NCBI GenBank assembly: GCA_951406725.2
Contig: OX597830.1
Span: forward strand, 2,666,001 to 2,730,000
Length of the DNA: 64,000 bases
Reading direction: 5' to 3'
Origin: Octopus vulgaris
Lineage: Eukaryota
Numbering within the stretch: position 1 is the stretch's first letter; each line of letters opens with the position of its first letter. The notes beneath the pieces were generated by a model. The model was not told the origin of the DNA and made no database searches. It worked only from the letters and a program-made list of their open reading frames with translations. The position numbers and the translations under genes are program-made. This document shows positions 48,701 through 62,427 of this stretch, piece after piece.

Positions 48701-50505
48701 TGCTGCCCTTTTTTGTCCCTTTACTTGAATCATAACAAAATACTAAGATATGTATTGGGGACCCATCAGTTAAAACTTGTCATTTAATCCTTTCAGAAAA
48801 CAGAATTGTTTTAATAGGAAATCTAATTTAAGTTTATGGATTTAGGATCAAATATAAGCTTTCACAACTGTTGTTGGATTGGGATCCTAAGCCAGAGAAC
48901 AATAATTTCTCCAGAACAGAACAAAAGAACTGGTGTCACTTCTTTTTTCTAGTGAATAGCCACAGTCTTTTTTTTTTGGTGTGTGTATGTGTGGGGATAG
49001 AGGTGAGGGTATCATGGATTAGTCTAGAGAAAGGGGTTCTTACCATGACTTTTTCAAACCCTTTTAAATTTGGTGTGATTGATGTGATTGGCAGGGTCAA
49101 GGAGTGATTTTCAAAAAGGATAATATTCTGGGAAGAATGAAGTGAGTATAAGGGTTAATTTGGGGCTTAAAGAGGGGTAGGCAATACAGGTAGTGAGAGG
49201 AGGAAAGTCAGGGCCTCAGAAGTAAACAAGCGTTGATGGCAGAAGATCAGCTGATTCTTAGAAGCAGAGGCCATTGTAGTAGCAGTAGAAAATTCAGAAG
49301 GAAAAGACAATCCATCTGTGGTGAAGCAGTTGGAAGGCAATGGTAAATAACTTGATGCCAATTAGTCAGGTGGACATTTTTTAATGATAAAGACGAATAT
49401 GAAGTGAAGAGGATCTTTTAATCCTTTTTTTTTTTGAGGTTATAGAAACCTTTTTAGTGTAAGGGCTATCATAAAACACGTTCAATGCATTCCATAAAGT
49501 TACCAATAATAGAAAGTGCTTCCAGTCATAGAATCCATGTCAAAATAAAATGTAGAACAAACAACTTATGATTTTATGGCATGTCATGTTGGTGGGGGAA
49601 GGGGGCAGGAAATTTAAATAAAAACTGACTTGGGTCTTTGATGAATTTCTAACACATTCCAGGATGGGAAGCGAACATTTGGTAAAGATGATGATGATGA
49701 TGACGACGATGATCTTGTTATTGCTAAATATTACCAGTTCTGTTTGAATAAAGGAAGACATGGTGCAAAGATGGAAGCAAAGCAATTTCAATTAATGTTC
49801 TTGAGTTCTGGACCCCAGGTGCCTCTTCAAGGGGATTCTATCCTAAAATGCACACCTAAAGCATGTGAAAGCCCTGCTTCCAAAGTACAATAAATAAGTT
49901 AGGAGACTCTATATTTCCGAAAGTTGTTTCTAACATAAACGAAGTGAAGTAGTTACTTCTGGATTCAAAACCTGTTTTGCTAAGGAATTACAATGGCTCA
50001 ATGGTACATCTTCAATAGCAAAAGTGGTTCTGTTAATGGTAAAGTGTACTTAATGTTTACCAAGCAAAAGTGGCATTTGGCAAAATGTCTGGCAAATATA
50101 TTTTCATTGCATAACGGATAACACAAGTGACAGAGAGGCTGATGGAAGTGGATTTCCTATTTCCTGCACTCAATCTACTCATTCGTATTGATTTCAAACA
50201 GTCTTCCAGACACCACAAAAGTCGGGCCTCATAACTGTTCTGTTCATGCCAAACACACAAATGTTTTAACACTTTCAGCCTAACAAGCTGTTTAAGAGAC
50301 TTGGGAAATTATGTTTCACATAATTACATAATCATTCATTGTTTAATTACGCAAGATTTATCAGGACATCCTAAACCAGATGATGGCCTCCACATAGTAA
50401 GAGCCACATTTATTCACACAAATTCCTAAATACAGGATCTGGCTTTCTCAACATAGAGCAAATATAATATTTTGTAATGAAATATGTTACACTGAAAGTA
50501 ATTGG

Positions 50506-50549
<44 letters not shown>

Positions 50550-50552
<3 letters not shown>

Positions 50553-50709
50553 GGGCTCCTTTTAGTTTCTGTCTACCAAATTCATGCACAAGGTTTTTGT
50601 CAGCCTGAGGCTATAGTAGAAGACACTACCCTAAGTTGCCATGCTGTAGAACTGAACTCAGAGCCATGTCATTGAGAATGAAGCTTCTTACTACACAGCC
50701 ATACCTGCA

Positions 50710-50712
<3 letters not shown>
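50550..50712 (-). mobile_element. SINE family B 5' part between (CA)n and (TA)n
   Basis: Minus strand 'ggtgcaggtatggctgtgtagtaagaagcttc...gagttcagttc'. Confidence 0.75.
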
Positions 50713-50779
<67 letters not shown>

Positions 50780-50783
<4 letters not shown>

Positions 50784-50960
50784 CAGGGGAGAATTCACAA
50801 AAAAAGCAAAAGACGAAGACAAGTGGTGTAGAAAACAAACAGATGTATTAGTATAAGGCTCAGGAATTGAAAAATTCTTTTATGTTTCGAACCTATGCTC
50901 TTCTACAGAAAGGAACACAGAAAGAAACAAGGAGAGAAAAAAATGTGTGTAGTGGCTACC
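50780..50960 (-). mobile_element. Second copy of the PLE-type terminal fragment with variant hammerhead, next to a long (TA)n
   Basis: Collinear with 29515-29690. Minus strand reads cttt-CTGTAGA-a-gagcataggttc-GAAAC-ATA-aaag (50877-50912). Confidence 0.65.
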
Positions 50961-52849
50961 GATCCCATACATACATACATACATACATACATACATACAT
51001 AAATATACGCACACTTATGTACATGTACATATGTATGTATATGTGTGTATTTATCTGTATGTATCTGTATGTGGAGAGCTTAGAGGAAAAAAACAGACCG
51101 ACCGAAGTAAATCCCAAAAAGGAACCAGTTATTGAAGTTGACCATTCTATGGTTTAAATGGCAATTAAAAATATGAAGACTGGGAAAGGATAGTTGCTGG
51201 GAGACAAGGGCTGAAAATATCCATGAAAGCCGAGCAGAAACTAGTCACCCATCTTTTGTCAACAAAAAAGTATAGAAAAGCATCCTATCTGATAACTGGC
51301 ATCACAGTACAATCATCAACTGCTATAAGGGAAAATGGGCTGCCCTAGAAGGAAGCAACTGCAGAGGCACCAAACCAGTGGAAATAACAGAAATCTGATC
51401 TGAAAGAGATCTAGCTGACATGAGCTGCTGTGTGAAATTGTACCACAGCAAAAACTATTAAGGTTTCCTCCGAAATGAGATAACTGCAATATAAGTTCTT
51501 AGCAAAGAGTACGTCCCCTACCTAATATATGTTACCCTAGAGAAGGACTTTCACAGGATACAACATTATATTGTGTCTTTAAGAAATTTAGTTGTAGATT
51601 AATGAAGATTGTAAGCAGAGATGTCTTGACATCTTTAAGTTATTCACATTCACAATCATCATGGCCCATCTTAAACTAATATTAGTCAGCCAGTTTACTG
51701 TGTGAGACGGGTATTTTAAAGATATTTAGCTGTTATTTCTATGAAGTCTAATGACCCCCCAATGAGTCTCTATCTTTTGTTCTTGTGTCATAGCAGAAAG
51801 AAAAACTATGATTGAGAAAAAGTTTGTGTCTAAAACAATTGCATTGATAAATATCTTTCGATGCCGATTACCATTACTGTATGTTGGCTTTATTTTAGTT
51901 TTTGAATTTTTTTCTCATGTTTTAACTTCTCCATTCTGTCAATTCCTGATTCCATTCCATCTAAAGAACCTTAAAAACCTAAGGATTCTTCAGAATTTCT
52001 GTCCATTTCTCATTTCTTATTGCTATTAAGCTGCCAAATTTCTGTGCTGTGATTTTAATAAGGAACATCTCATCCAAAATTTATGTTCGCCAATTTGCCT
52101 CGAAGACTTTATAGTCATTTATTGAAGTGTGCTGATCATAGATTAAATGTGAAAAGTTTGGAATGGCATCAGGTAAAAAAAAAAAAAGCATTGAAGGTAT
52201 TAAAAGAGAAGAAAATATAAAGGCAAGGGGAAGAGCAAGCACAAAAAAGCAAAAGAAAAATATATAAATGATGAGGAGGACGATGACAACAACGATGATG
52301 TTGGTGGTGGTGGTGGTGGTGGTGAAAGAATCTTTCTGTTATTAGTCAGAAGAGCATGAAGACTTAGAAAAAACATTTCACTGGGGTTACAAATAAAGAA
52401 AGAAGAAGGAAAAAAGAGGAATGAGAAATACGGGCTTACAAATAAAAAAAAGGAACTACGAGAATTGTTATCAATTGGGTGGAAGGACATTAAAATTTCA
52501 TAAATATACATAGACATACATACATGTACATCTGCATATTTTTTATGCCTACGTACACACACACACACACACATGTGTATGTATGTATTTATGTATGAAT
52601 GTATATGCATACATTCATACATAAATACATACATACACACATACACAAATGCACACACTTGGAATGAGTGAAAGTTATGGTAAAGCAATAGTATCAACAA
52701 GATTTAATTAAAGGAAACAAAGCATGAAAGATTACTTATTAAGTTCAGTAGAATTATCAATGATGATCTTTATTTAAACGTTTCTCAAATTTTGTTCGAG
52801 TGCAACTGAATGCACCAGTAAGCATGTTTTGATACAACTTGATTGGAAA

Positions 52850-53400
52850 AACTTAAGCATCTACAAAGAGCAAAAATGTGGAATGAGAAAACTCGAAAAG
52901 GAGTGGCCAAGAATGAAAATTGCAAAATTCTGTTGGATGTAATGATTCAGTGTGATCACCTGACCAGATATCAGAAACCAGGCATTGTTGTGGTGAAAAA
53001 GAGTAAGAAAGCACAGGTATAATAATTAACATAGCATGTCCCAATGACAACAGGACCAAAGAGAAGGAAAAAGAAAAACTGAACAACTATGATGATTTGA
53101 AGTGGAAAATACGAAGGTTGTGGTCAATGAAGAGAGTAGACATGATACCAATAATAATTGGCGCACTTGGAAGTATCAGCAACCAATATGACTCATAAAG
53201 AATGGTATAGATATAAGGGTAGAACTACTCCAAAAACCAGCATTGCTTAGAACTGCAAGAATTCTTTGCAGGGTTCTTGAAGCATGACCAGGAAACAAGT
53301 GTCACCTTAGTGTGTTGCTTTTGGACAGCTGACACTTTCCATCATAACCAGCAAAATAAGCTGAAAGTTTTCATCAAACAGCAACAATAACAACAACAAT
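52850..53400 (+). pseudogene. R4/Dong-clade LINE 3' end (restriction-like endonuclease) with (CAA/TAA) tail
   Basis: KILLDVMIQCDH..KPGIVVV, IINIACPNDNR.KEKEKEKL..YDDLKWKIRRLWSM..MIPIIIGALG, LQKPALLRTARILCRVLEA*. Confidence 0.88.
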
Positions 53401-54087
53401 GCTTTCTTTGTTAGCCACAAGGTCTGTGAGAGGAACATATTAAAACAAAGAAACTTTAACAAAGCATTATTGAGCGAAATGACAGGGAAATATACAAAGT
53501 TGATGGGGTTAAAATATATAAACGTATGTGATATATATTTAATGGATGAATTGAAAATGGAAATAAATATGAGAATATATGATAAAAGACTCAATAATTA
53601 AAACTAGAAATTAAAAGAAAATAAAGTATGGAAAATGTCTGTTCTTAGTGTTGACACATGTACCCAACGGCTCACGTGAACAGCTTCTGAGCCACTTGGG
53701 ATTGAAACAGAATCACCTCTTTTTGAACTATTTCAATTCTTTATAATGTAGTTGCACTTTGTGTTTACAATCATTTCATCTTTAACAGTTGCTTTTATTC
53801 CACACCTTTACTTTTTCCTCATCGGAATATTCCTGACAGCACAGATTTGAAAATTTACCTTTTCATTTTCAAAGGATGAAGAATCTCAGTTCATCATTCT
53901 CTTCTTCATTGTTATTCTGAAGAGGAAGGTGGTGAGCTGAAAGAATCGTTAACAAATTGGGCGAAATGCTCAGCAGCTTTTCGTTTGTTCTTACATGCAG
54001 AGTTCAAACTCTGCCAAAGTCAACTTTGCTTTCGAGCTGATTGCACTGGATTCAATGTAATCGAGTGGTATTGATGGTGATGATGAC

Positions 54088-54329
54088 GAGAAGAAGAAGA
54101 AGAAGAAGAAGAAGAAGAAGAAGGAGGAGGAGGAGGAGGAGGAGGAGGAGGAGGAGGAGAAGAAGGAGGAGGAGAAGAAGGAGGAGGAGAAGAAGGAGGA
54201 AGAGAAGAAGAAGAAGAAGAAGAAGAGGAGGAGGAGGAGAAGAAGAAGAAGAAGAAGAAGAAGAAGAAGAAGAAGAAGGAGGAGGAGGAGGAGGAGGAGA
54301 AGAAGGAGGAGAAGAAGAAGAAGAAGAAA
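54088..54329. repeat. ~240-bp pure-purine (GAA/GGA)n microsatellite
   Basis: Direct reading. It follows a SINE A copy (53925-54070). Confidence 0.95.
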
Positions 54330-54862
54330 TAAATGAAGGGAAATTCTGATAATCCTGAGTGGGGTAGTTGTGATTGTGGTAGATGGTGGAGGAACAAGGT
54401 TTAGTAGAAATTATTCCGAATAGTTAATCTGATTGGCTGCAATGTTTAATTGTAGAAACGGCCAAATATCTGTCCAAATTGTAGGAATCTTTGAGAATCT
54501 ACGAGTAAATACATGGAGAATAGGGTCGTGGTTTTTCTGCCAATAGTCAGAACCAAAAGTTAGATAAACATAGAAAGTTACCAACAAACAAACAAAAGGA
54601 CACCAAAGTAAAATCTAGAAAAGCAAAATTGAAAACAAATCGAATGGAATAAAAATAAAAGACTTTTTCTTTTCTAAATTCGAAAGATTTGGAACAGAAT
54701 CAAGACAAGAAAGGAAATGATTTTCTTTAAGGGTGATTAAACCTGGTATTAGATTTAGTGTATTTAACACCAGGGAACTGACAAAAGAGTGTGAAATTTC
54801 AGGTGAGATGGTGTGTGCTTTTGTGTAGGAGGGTATACGTATGTTTGTACGTGGATGCACGG

Positions 54863-54897
<35 letters not shown>

Positions 54898-55659
54898 AGT
54901 GAGTGTGTGCTTTAGTAAACACAGGTCCCTAGTTTATGTAGCGGCTGTAATTTATGTGCATAATAAATCATTGTAATTCCCATCAATTATTTGATGTGTT
55001 AAATATGCATGTAAGTCAAACTTGGTAAACCAAGCCAGTAGCAAGAACAGAGCATATATCAATATATGTGTATGTGTTCATGTGTGTGTGTTTGTATGCA
55101 TACACACACACACAGATATTATATTTGTGTGTGTATATATATGTATGTATAAATCGATAATGTAGAAGAAAAGGAAGTAGGAGTGAGGGAGTGAGGAAGA
55201 GATGCAAGTGTAAGAACATTACATTAACCAGTAAATTCATAGAAGATTACTTTTACTAGTAAATCAAATTCTGGGACTGGCCACCCCTGTCAAATCAAAT
55301 AGCCGGGTTGTCTGTGTCTGAAGACATTCAGCTGACCAACAGACACACAATCATAATGAAAGAACAAGAAAAAAGAGAAAGAAAAAAAAAGAAAGTCTGA
55401 AAAATGAGTTTGATAAAAGAGAGTGAAATATATTGAAGGGGTTATGATGTGTAGCTTTGGTCTTGACTAACACGTCTGACAGTTTGGACCAGAGATTTTA
55501 TCTGGAGGTCAGCGGAGTGACATTTTTGGTTTTTTTACATTTATTGGCCCAGTTGACTATAAAATTGATCAAAGCCCGAGTTATCAGAATGTTTAATCTG
55601 CATTTTTATTGATGTCCATCAAGAAATAGTTGGATACATTTGCTTGTTGCTAATACCCG

Positions 55660-55707
<48 letters not shown>

Positions 55708-57691
55708 TTTGGTTTGCTGTAATCTGCTAGATCAGAACCAGGCTCATTAGAAACGTTTCCAAGTCTTCATCGCTTCACTGTTCATCAATTTCTGCTCTGT
55801 AATTGTAATGTTTCACTTTGATTTCTGTTATCCAAATAAATTTAAGAGCTTCGTGGCTCAATGATGTATGTAGTCACGCTCAATAATTATGGATGCACAA
55901 TCAGACAAATGAACCATTTGGAAATAAAACTGCAGCAGCATTAAACCTAATTAACGAGTAAAATACAAAACCTCACAAAATAATTAGAAAAAGTAAAGAC
56001 CTGTTAGTGTGTCTGTAATTCGTCTAAGTGGTCCTGTTATGGCATCCCAGACGTAATCACTACCAATTCCATTTAGATGACCGAAGAACAATATTGTTTT
56101 ATGTGCCGCCACTGTTGTGTAAATATCTAGATATTTCACTCTAGAATATGGAGAACAATTTATGCAATACAGCATTTTTTTTTTGTCTGTGGTTCTGAAG
56201 TGCAATGGATTTTGAGAAAGAGAAAAAAATGTAAAAAATCACAATAAAATACTCTGCACCAAATGCTAAACCACTTTCTTTCAATTTTTTGTCCTTTTCC
56301 CATCCAACAGAAATCTATTTATTGGATTAGCAGACGCTCAGCCATCACATTTATAAATAATCAGGTTAGGGTTATGCAGACTTCCTCTGGATTTAACTTC
56401 AGTTCCAGCTTTGACCTTCACCTAGCAACACTATATTGGCTTTTTATCCAGATTACATTGGATATCTCTCTTATAAATAATTAATCCACTCCAAGATGTA
56501 TCTCCGCACCGCCTCTCTTCATTGGTTTCTGTAATTCTGACATTTTTGACTAAATGCTGAACAGATCCAAAGGAACTTGCTGCATCCCATCAGTCTGTTG
56601 TAGATGTCCTCGCAAAGCCTTCCACTAAACAAATGCTCCAACATACCTCCAAAATTATGCCTGTAAAACACCATTCTCCACCATTTTATAACATGTAGCA
56701 TTCAATATATAACATGTAACAGATGTAACATGTAGCCCTTCAAAGATAACCGTAACCCTGGTGAGTTCAGTAATAACCCTGTGGTTATTACTGTACCAAC
56801 TTGAGTTATACAAAGAGCCTCTATGCAGTCCTTATGCAAGAAATAACAGCTACATCTCCATTAGATTACACTTTAGTGTCTTAAAAAATGTAAGGTCACA
56901 TTGAAAAATGAGATCTTCAGTACATACTGCCATAAAGATTGATGGAATGAGCATGTGAAGAATGCATCTTATCACAGGGTCTCCTGGATAAGGGTCAGCC
57001 AAGAGTTAGACAAAAACTACCCTCTGCCCATCATCTAAGGACGTTACCAGTGTTATACTTTCTAAAAAGGTACATTTTTACCTCTAAAGCTGTTCAGTTG
57101 GTCATTCAGTAAACCACATGTTTTATTATTGAGGTTCGGCTGGAGAACTTGCAACAGAGTGGACTCTGCTGAAAGACCCCTAAGGGTCAGGTGATGCTGT
57201 TAAACTGAACAATGGATTAAGTCTGCCATCCAAAGACTGGAAGTTGTCCCAGTAACAGACTTTCTTCCAGTTTCCATACCAAAATTACTATCACAAAACT
57301 TTGATTGGTTTAAGAATCTGTCTTCATATTTTCCTTGATTTAAAACAATTGAAAAAAGAAATGGAAATGATCAATTTTTGAAATACACGAACAGAAACAA
57401 AAATAATAAATTGTCTTAGAAGGAAATAATTATATTTTGATATTTACAAGATCAAATGTTATGGACTGATGAAATAAAGATGACAGAAATAAGGCCTTGC
57501 AGTAATTCTTCAGGCTTTGTTATGTTCTGAGTTCAAAACCTTGTTGAGGTTAACTTTGCTTTTCTTCCCTTTTGAGTCGAGAAAACAAAGTTCTGTTCAA
57601 ATTCTGGGATCGATTCAGTCAAGTTCTCTTTGCTAAAACTTTGTTGACCGAAATTAGAAAGTAATACAAAGAATGAAATTATGATCTAACT

Positions 57692-57955
57692 TCATCATCA
57701 TCATCATCTAACGTCCACTTTTCATGCTGGCATGGGTTGGATGGTTGGACCAGGGTTGGCAAGCTGGAAGGCTGCATGGTTTCTTTGGCTGGATGCCCTT
57801 CCTAATGCCAACCACTCCGAGAGTGTAATGGTGCTTTAGTGTGCCATCAGCATGGGTACCATTTATGTGACATTGGTACCATTTATGTGACTGTGGTTTT
57901 ACCTGGCTTGATGGGGCTTCTGCTCAAGCATGGCATAATACCAAATGGACTCAGT
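57692..57955 (-). mobile_element. 5'-truncated 3' end of the RTE LINE
   Basis: Collinear with 12107-12385, including 'gactgtg.tttt.c.tggctt.atggg.cttct.ctcaa.catg' and the (CAT)n tail. Confidence 0.8.
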
Positions 57956-59462
57956 CCTTAAGGTGACCATTTTAATATCACTTTTATTCCATATCTTCTC
58001 TCAAGCCTCTGATGGTGCTTCTATTTGCTATTTATTATTTCAATATACTAGAAATAATAGTCAATTCTCCTTCATACTTCAACCTATCATCTTTTAAAAC
58101 AATATACTGAATGATGTAATATGGGGCACTGACAATTCCACAGTAGAATAAATTGGTTCTGGAGACCCCTTTTCTTTTAAGACAACAAATAGTTTCACAT
58201 AAGAATAAATTGGTTTGGGTGCCTCTAATCTTAAAAACAAGATTGTGTGATTACAACTTGAATATCTTTGATCAAACTAACTTAGATGTAAACAACAGCT
58301 ATTTTCTCCCAATATCAATTTTTTAAAGAATTTTTATCCTTTTCATTTTCTCTAATTCTGCTTTCAAACAATTTTTTAAATAAACATTCTTATATTTACA
58401 TTGAACACAAACACTCCCCCAGACTTACAAAGCATTAAAATGTTTTTCAATTCATTTAATCTCCCAGACTCATATTTACCAGAAAGATACTTTCGCTGTT
58501 ATTGATAATGGGCATAGGCTGGTTGTGTGGTTAAGCTGTTGGCTTCACATCTATGTAGTTTTAGTTTCAATCCCATGGGATGGCATCTTGAGCAAGTGTC
58601 TTTTACTATAGCATTGGCTTGACCAAAACCTGATAACTGGACTTTGGTAGTGAAAATTGTATAGAAGCCCATTATGGAGGCTGTTCCTGTTCAAGTGGGG
58701 TAGACTTCAATCTGTCCCCTTAACACCAACATCCACCCACACACCTTTGGTGCTGTAAGTTAAGATCATTTTATCTAATAGAGGCATTCTGTTGTAGGGT
58801 TCAAAGTGGATTTTTGGTCTGAGAATAACTTCCTCCTGCCCCATGCAGTTTCAGAGACCTTGGAAAGCATCATTGGTTACTTCCACCTTCATTTTCTTGG
58901 ACTAACCATAAAAGAACACAAAAGAAAATAAATACAGTTCTTCAAGCCACGGATTCTTCATTATATAAGATACACACATGTCTTGTTTGGAACCTTCAGT
59001 TTCCTCAGGTATTTCTCAGGAATTATAAGGTTTCACTGGAATCAGACATGTTTGTTCCTCGTTAACTATTTTCCTTACATTCTTAGTTTTACTTGATGAA
59101 ATTTGTTTCTTTCATTCTATTCCAAGTGAAATGATTTCCAATAGGAGATCACAATAGAGAAATTCCTTTTAGTTAGAATTGGTGGAAACCAATTCCTTTT
59201 TTTTTTTTATAAACTTACTCAGAAATGTCATAAGCAGATCTGTACAAGTTGACTAATTTCACAAAACAAAAAAGGAAAAACAAGACAAAAAACGACAAAA
59301 AAAATGATTTAACTCTATAAATTCCTCTCTGAACAGTTGCCAGAGCCTGTTTGGCAAACTAAATTTCAGAACAATGTTTAATGTACAAAATGGAAATAAA
59401 ATTAATAAATAGAATTAATGAAATAGAATAAAATATTTTGGCAAATTATTTTAAACATAACA

Positions 59463-59511
<49 letters not shown>

Positions 59512-60157
59512 GTTGTTGTTGTTGTTGTTATTATTTATTTATTTATCTGTTTTTTTTACTGAATTTAAGATGATAATATTCAGATAGCTTTCTTGGCAAT
59601 CAAGTTCAATAAATTATAGGTCAAAATTAGATTGAAAAATTCAATTTCAAGTTTTTGTTTCATTCATTATCAAAGTTTCAAATTTCAATTTTAGTATTTT
59701 TATTTTATTCAATTTTATTTTTATATTCTGTGTGTGTGGTGGTGACGAGGGGTGGGGAGTGGGGGGGGGGTAAATTGGGAGAAAAATGTCAGATTGTAGA
59801 AAGGAGCAGAGAGATATCATCACACTTTGACAGCTATTACAATTTATTGATCACTTATATTGTTATTTCGAAATGTAAAATTTCTAAATGGAACCATCTA
59901 CTCGCCAACTTTGTAGAAAAAAAGCAAAAAAAAAAAACATGGATGGCTGATTCATAGCCATCAATAGACAGAGAAAAACATACATAATTCTTTAAAGATC
60001 CAGCAATAAAAAATAAAACAGCAAAATTCTTGTGTTTAAATGATAAATAATAACAAACAAATTTTTAAAGAATCATTGCTATAAAATTTGAGATATTGTA
60101 AAGAATGGCTCTCCCTAGAATTAGATAATGGTTGTCACTTGAATTAAAATTCATATT

Positions 60158-60280
60158 TGCATAGCTTGCATTATAAGTTACAAGGCTGGCATTATCAGTT
60201 ACACAACTTGCATTATCAGTTCCATAGCTGGCATTATCATTTGCATAGCTGGCATTATCAGTTACATAGCTGGCATTATC
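60158..60280. repeat. 21-bp minisatellite, ~6 copies (consensus tacatagctggcattatcagt)
   Basis: Direct reading. Confidence 0.9.
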
Positions 60281-60540
60281 TCACCAAATGTTCAAAATAT
60301 CATTTTCAAGCATCAACTCACTCGACACAGACTATGTATCAGTTTCTCCAGCTATCTTGTGGTTATATTAAAACCTTTTGATAACCACTGTTGGTTTGTT
60401 TATGTTCTTCTGACTAAATGGTTTTGCAAAGTTGGAGAAGCAGACATAATATAAGAACTGTGACTGATTTGATCAAGTAGACCATTCAAGGTTATACAAG
60501 GGAGAGAGAGAGAGAGAGAGGGAGAGAGAGAGAGAGAGAG

Positions 60541-61072
60541 AGCAGTGCATGCCATCAAAGTGACACTGGGGTACAACTATATGAAGCCCTGTAGACCCAT
60601 CTGATAAGGGTACACCAGGCACATGCATCACAACTATATGTGCATGACATGGTGATCTCATATCAAGATAAACAGCGCATGACCTTGCAGGTGGGACTCA
60701 GAATTATCATGAGGTCGAGCAGCCCATCCCACTCAAAAAGTCCTTGAATAAGGCTTGTTTAAGGATGCTGAACAAGACATCCATGTTTCCAAAGGCGAAT
60801 TATTTAAACTCCAAAGAATTCCTCTCAACACATGGCTATGGTGCTCCCTGCCAACTACTTCTGCTCATGATTAGAGACACACATATCGTCAACCACTAAG
60901 AGACATGCTCAACTGGTTATGGTCAAGCAACTGACAAACAAATCTGTGGTATTGAGCAGAATATTTGCTGTAGCCCATCTTTTATACCAAGACAAAACAA
61001 TGTACATGATAACACTTCCAATCAGTTAAGATCAGAAGCCATGAGAGCCACTGCCTGGTATTGCATCAGGGC

Positions 61073-61073
<1 letters not shown>
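60541..61073 (-). mobile_element. Unclassified ~530-bp interspersed repeat between microsatellites
   Basis: The first ~80 bp are homologous to 765-860. Flanked by (GA)n and (TATG)n. No ORF and no clear Pol III boxes. The strand is inferred. Confidence 0.55.
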
Positions 61074-61124
<51 letters not shown>

Positions 61125-61179
61125 GTATGTATGTATGTATGTGTGTGTGTGTGTGTATGCATGCATGCATGTGAATGTG

Positions 61180-61241
<62 letters not shown>

Positions 61242-62427
61242 TTCTTAAGTAGCCAGATGATGGCTTTGCTATTAATTTTTATTTTGTACAACAGTCGTTT
61301 CAACCCATTCTGCTAATGGTCCTTTCTGTGTTGGACTCTGTTCAACATGTTGTGATGCATCCATTTTGCAGTCAGGGCCTCACCAGGCACATCCATACAT
61401 AAGATTGAGTCTCACCAAAGATCCTGAGTTTTGACTGCCATATTGTTATATGCCCGTCTGGTTGGGGAATGAACCGTTGCTACAATTTTCAATTACCATT
61501 ATCTTTGTATAAGAATTGCAAATATTTGTAAATATAGACAAACAACCGTTGATAAAAAATATTTGTAGGGGAAGTGAATGGATGGTCAGGGATGGATTGA
61601 GTTACATTGGGTATAAGACAATGGAATGGTTCTAGGAAAAGGAAAAGAAGGATATATAAAATATAAATTGGACATGGGTGATCGTTGTATTCTTTCTTGT
61701 CTTGAGGTTCACAGCCAAACGGCTGGGTGGATTCACATGAAAAATGGCAGACATATGGAGACGGGTGTGTAGATTGGAATGCAGTTTGTATTTTTTACTT
61801 TGCCCCCACACTTACCGAGAAAATTGATTAAAACATTTTCTAATGGAATTTCCCTCTTTCTTCTGCCATTAAAACAACCAGTTGCTTAGAAGGTGTTTTC
61901 TGACAGGGTGGGGTCAGGAAATTTTCATACAGCTGGAGGCTCCAATCAAAGCAGGGGACACGAAATGATGAGGTTGAGAAACGCTGTTATAGATTATGCC
62001 TAACAGAAAACGATCACAGCCACATCATCCAAACAGACTGGGTGATACCGGGCTTAGCTGCTAGTATATATATATATATATATATATATGCAGGCTAGAA
62101 TGTCTAGTGGGGGGACAGGTTGTTTAGCTAGTAAGCTAGCTCAGGTCAGGGATGTGTGTACACACATTCACACACACACCCACTTGTACATGCACTCACA
62201 CAAGGGACATTGGCCCACCCACCCATATGGTCAATTTCAGTGGTAGTTCGTATAGTTTATAGTTGGAAGACAATCTTACCAGTGGTCTGTCATCACAGTC
62301 TCTTCATCAGGGACAGCAACAGGATGGGTCGAAACGATGACCATTGTACAAAATAAAGATTAATACTAAATCCATCTTCTGGCTACTTAAGAAATTATTA
62401 TTATTATCTCAATTAGCACTTTTAATG

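Noticed and set aside
56519-56675. Possible minus-strand host exon (ttttacag acceptor)
   Set aside because: All frames close quickly and there is no recognisable protein or partner exon. A UTR exon cannot be excluded without RNA-seq.
61055-61072. 'cctggtattgca..cagg' resembling U2 snRNA stem-loop IV
   Set aside because: Only ~12 nt match and no other U2 sequence is present.
62273-62365. Split hammerhead halves (tcttcatcagg on minus, gtcGAAACg on plus) in a weak inverted repeat
   Set aside because: Too degenerate: neither strand yields a complete core with stems.
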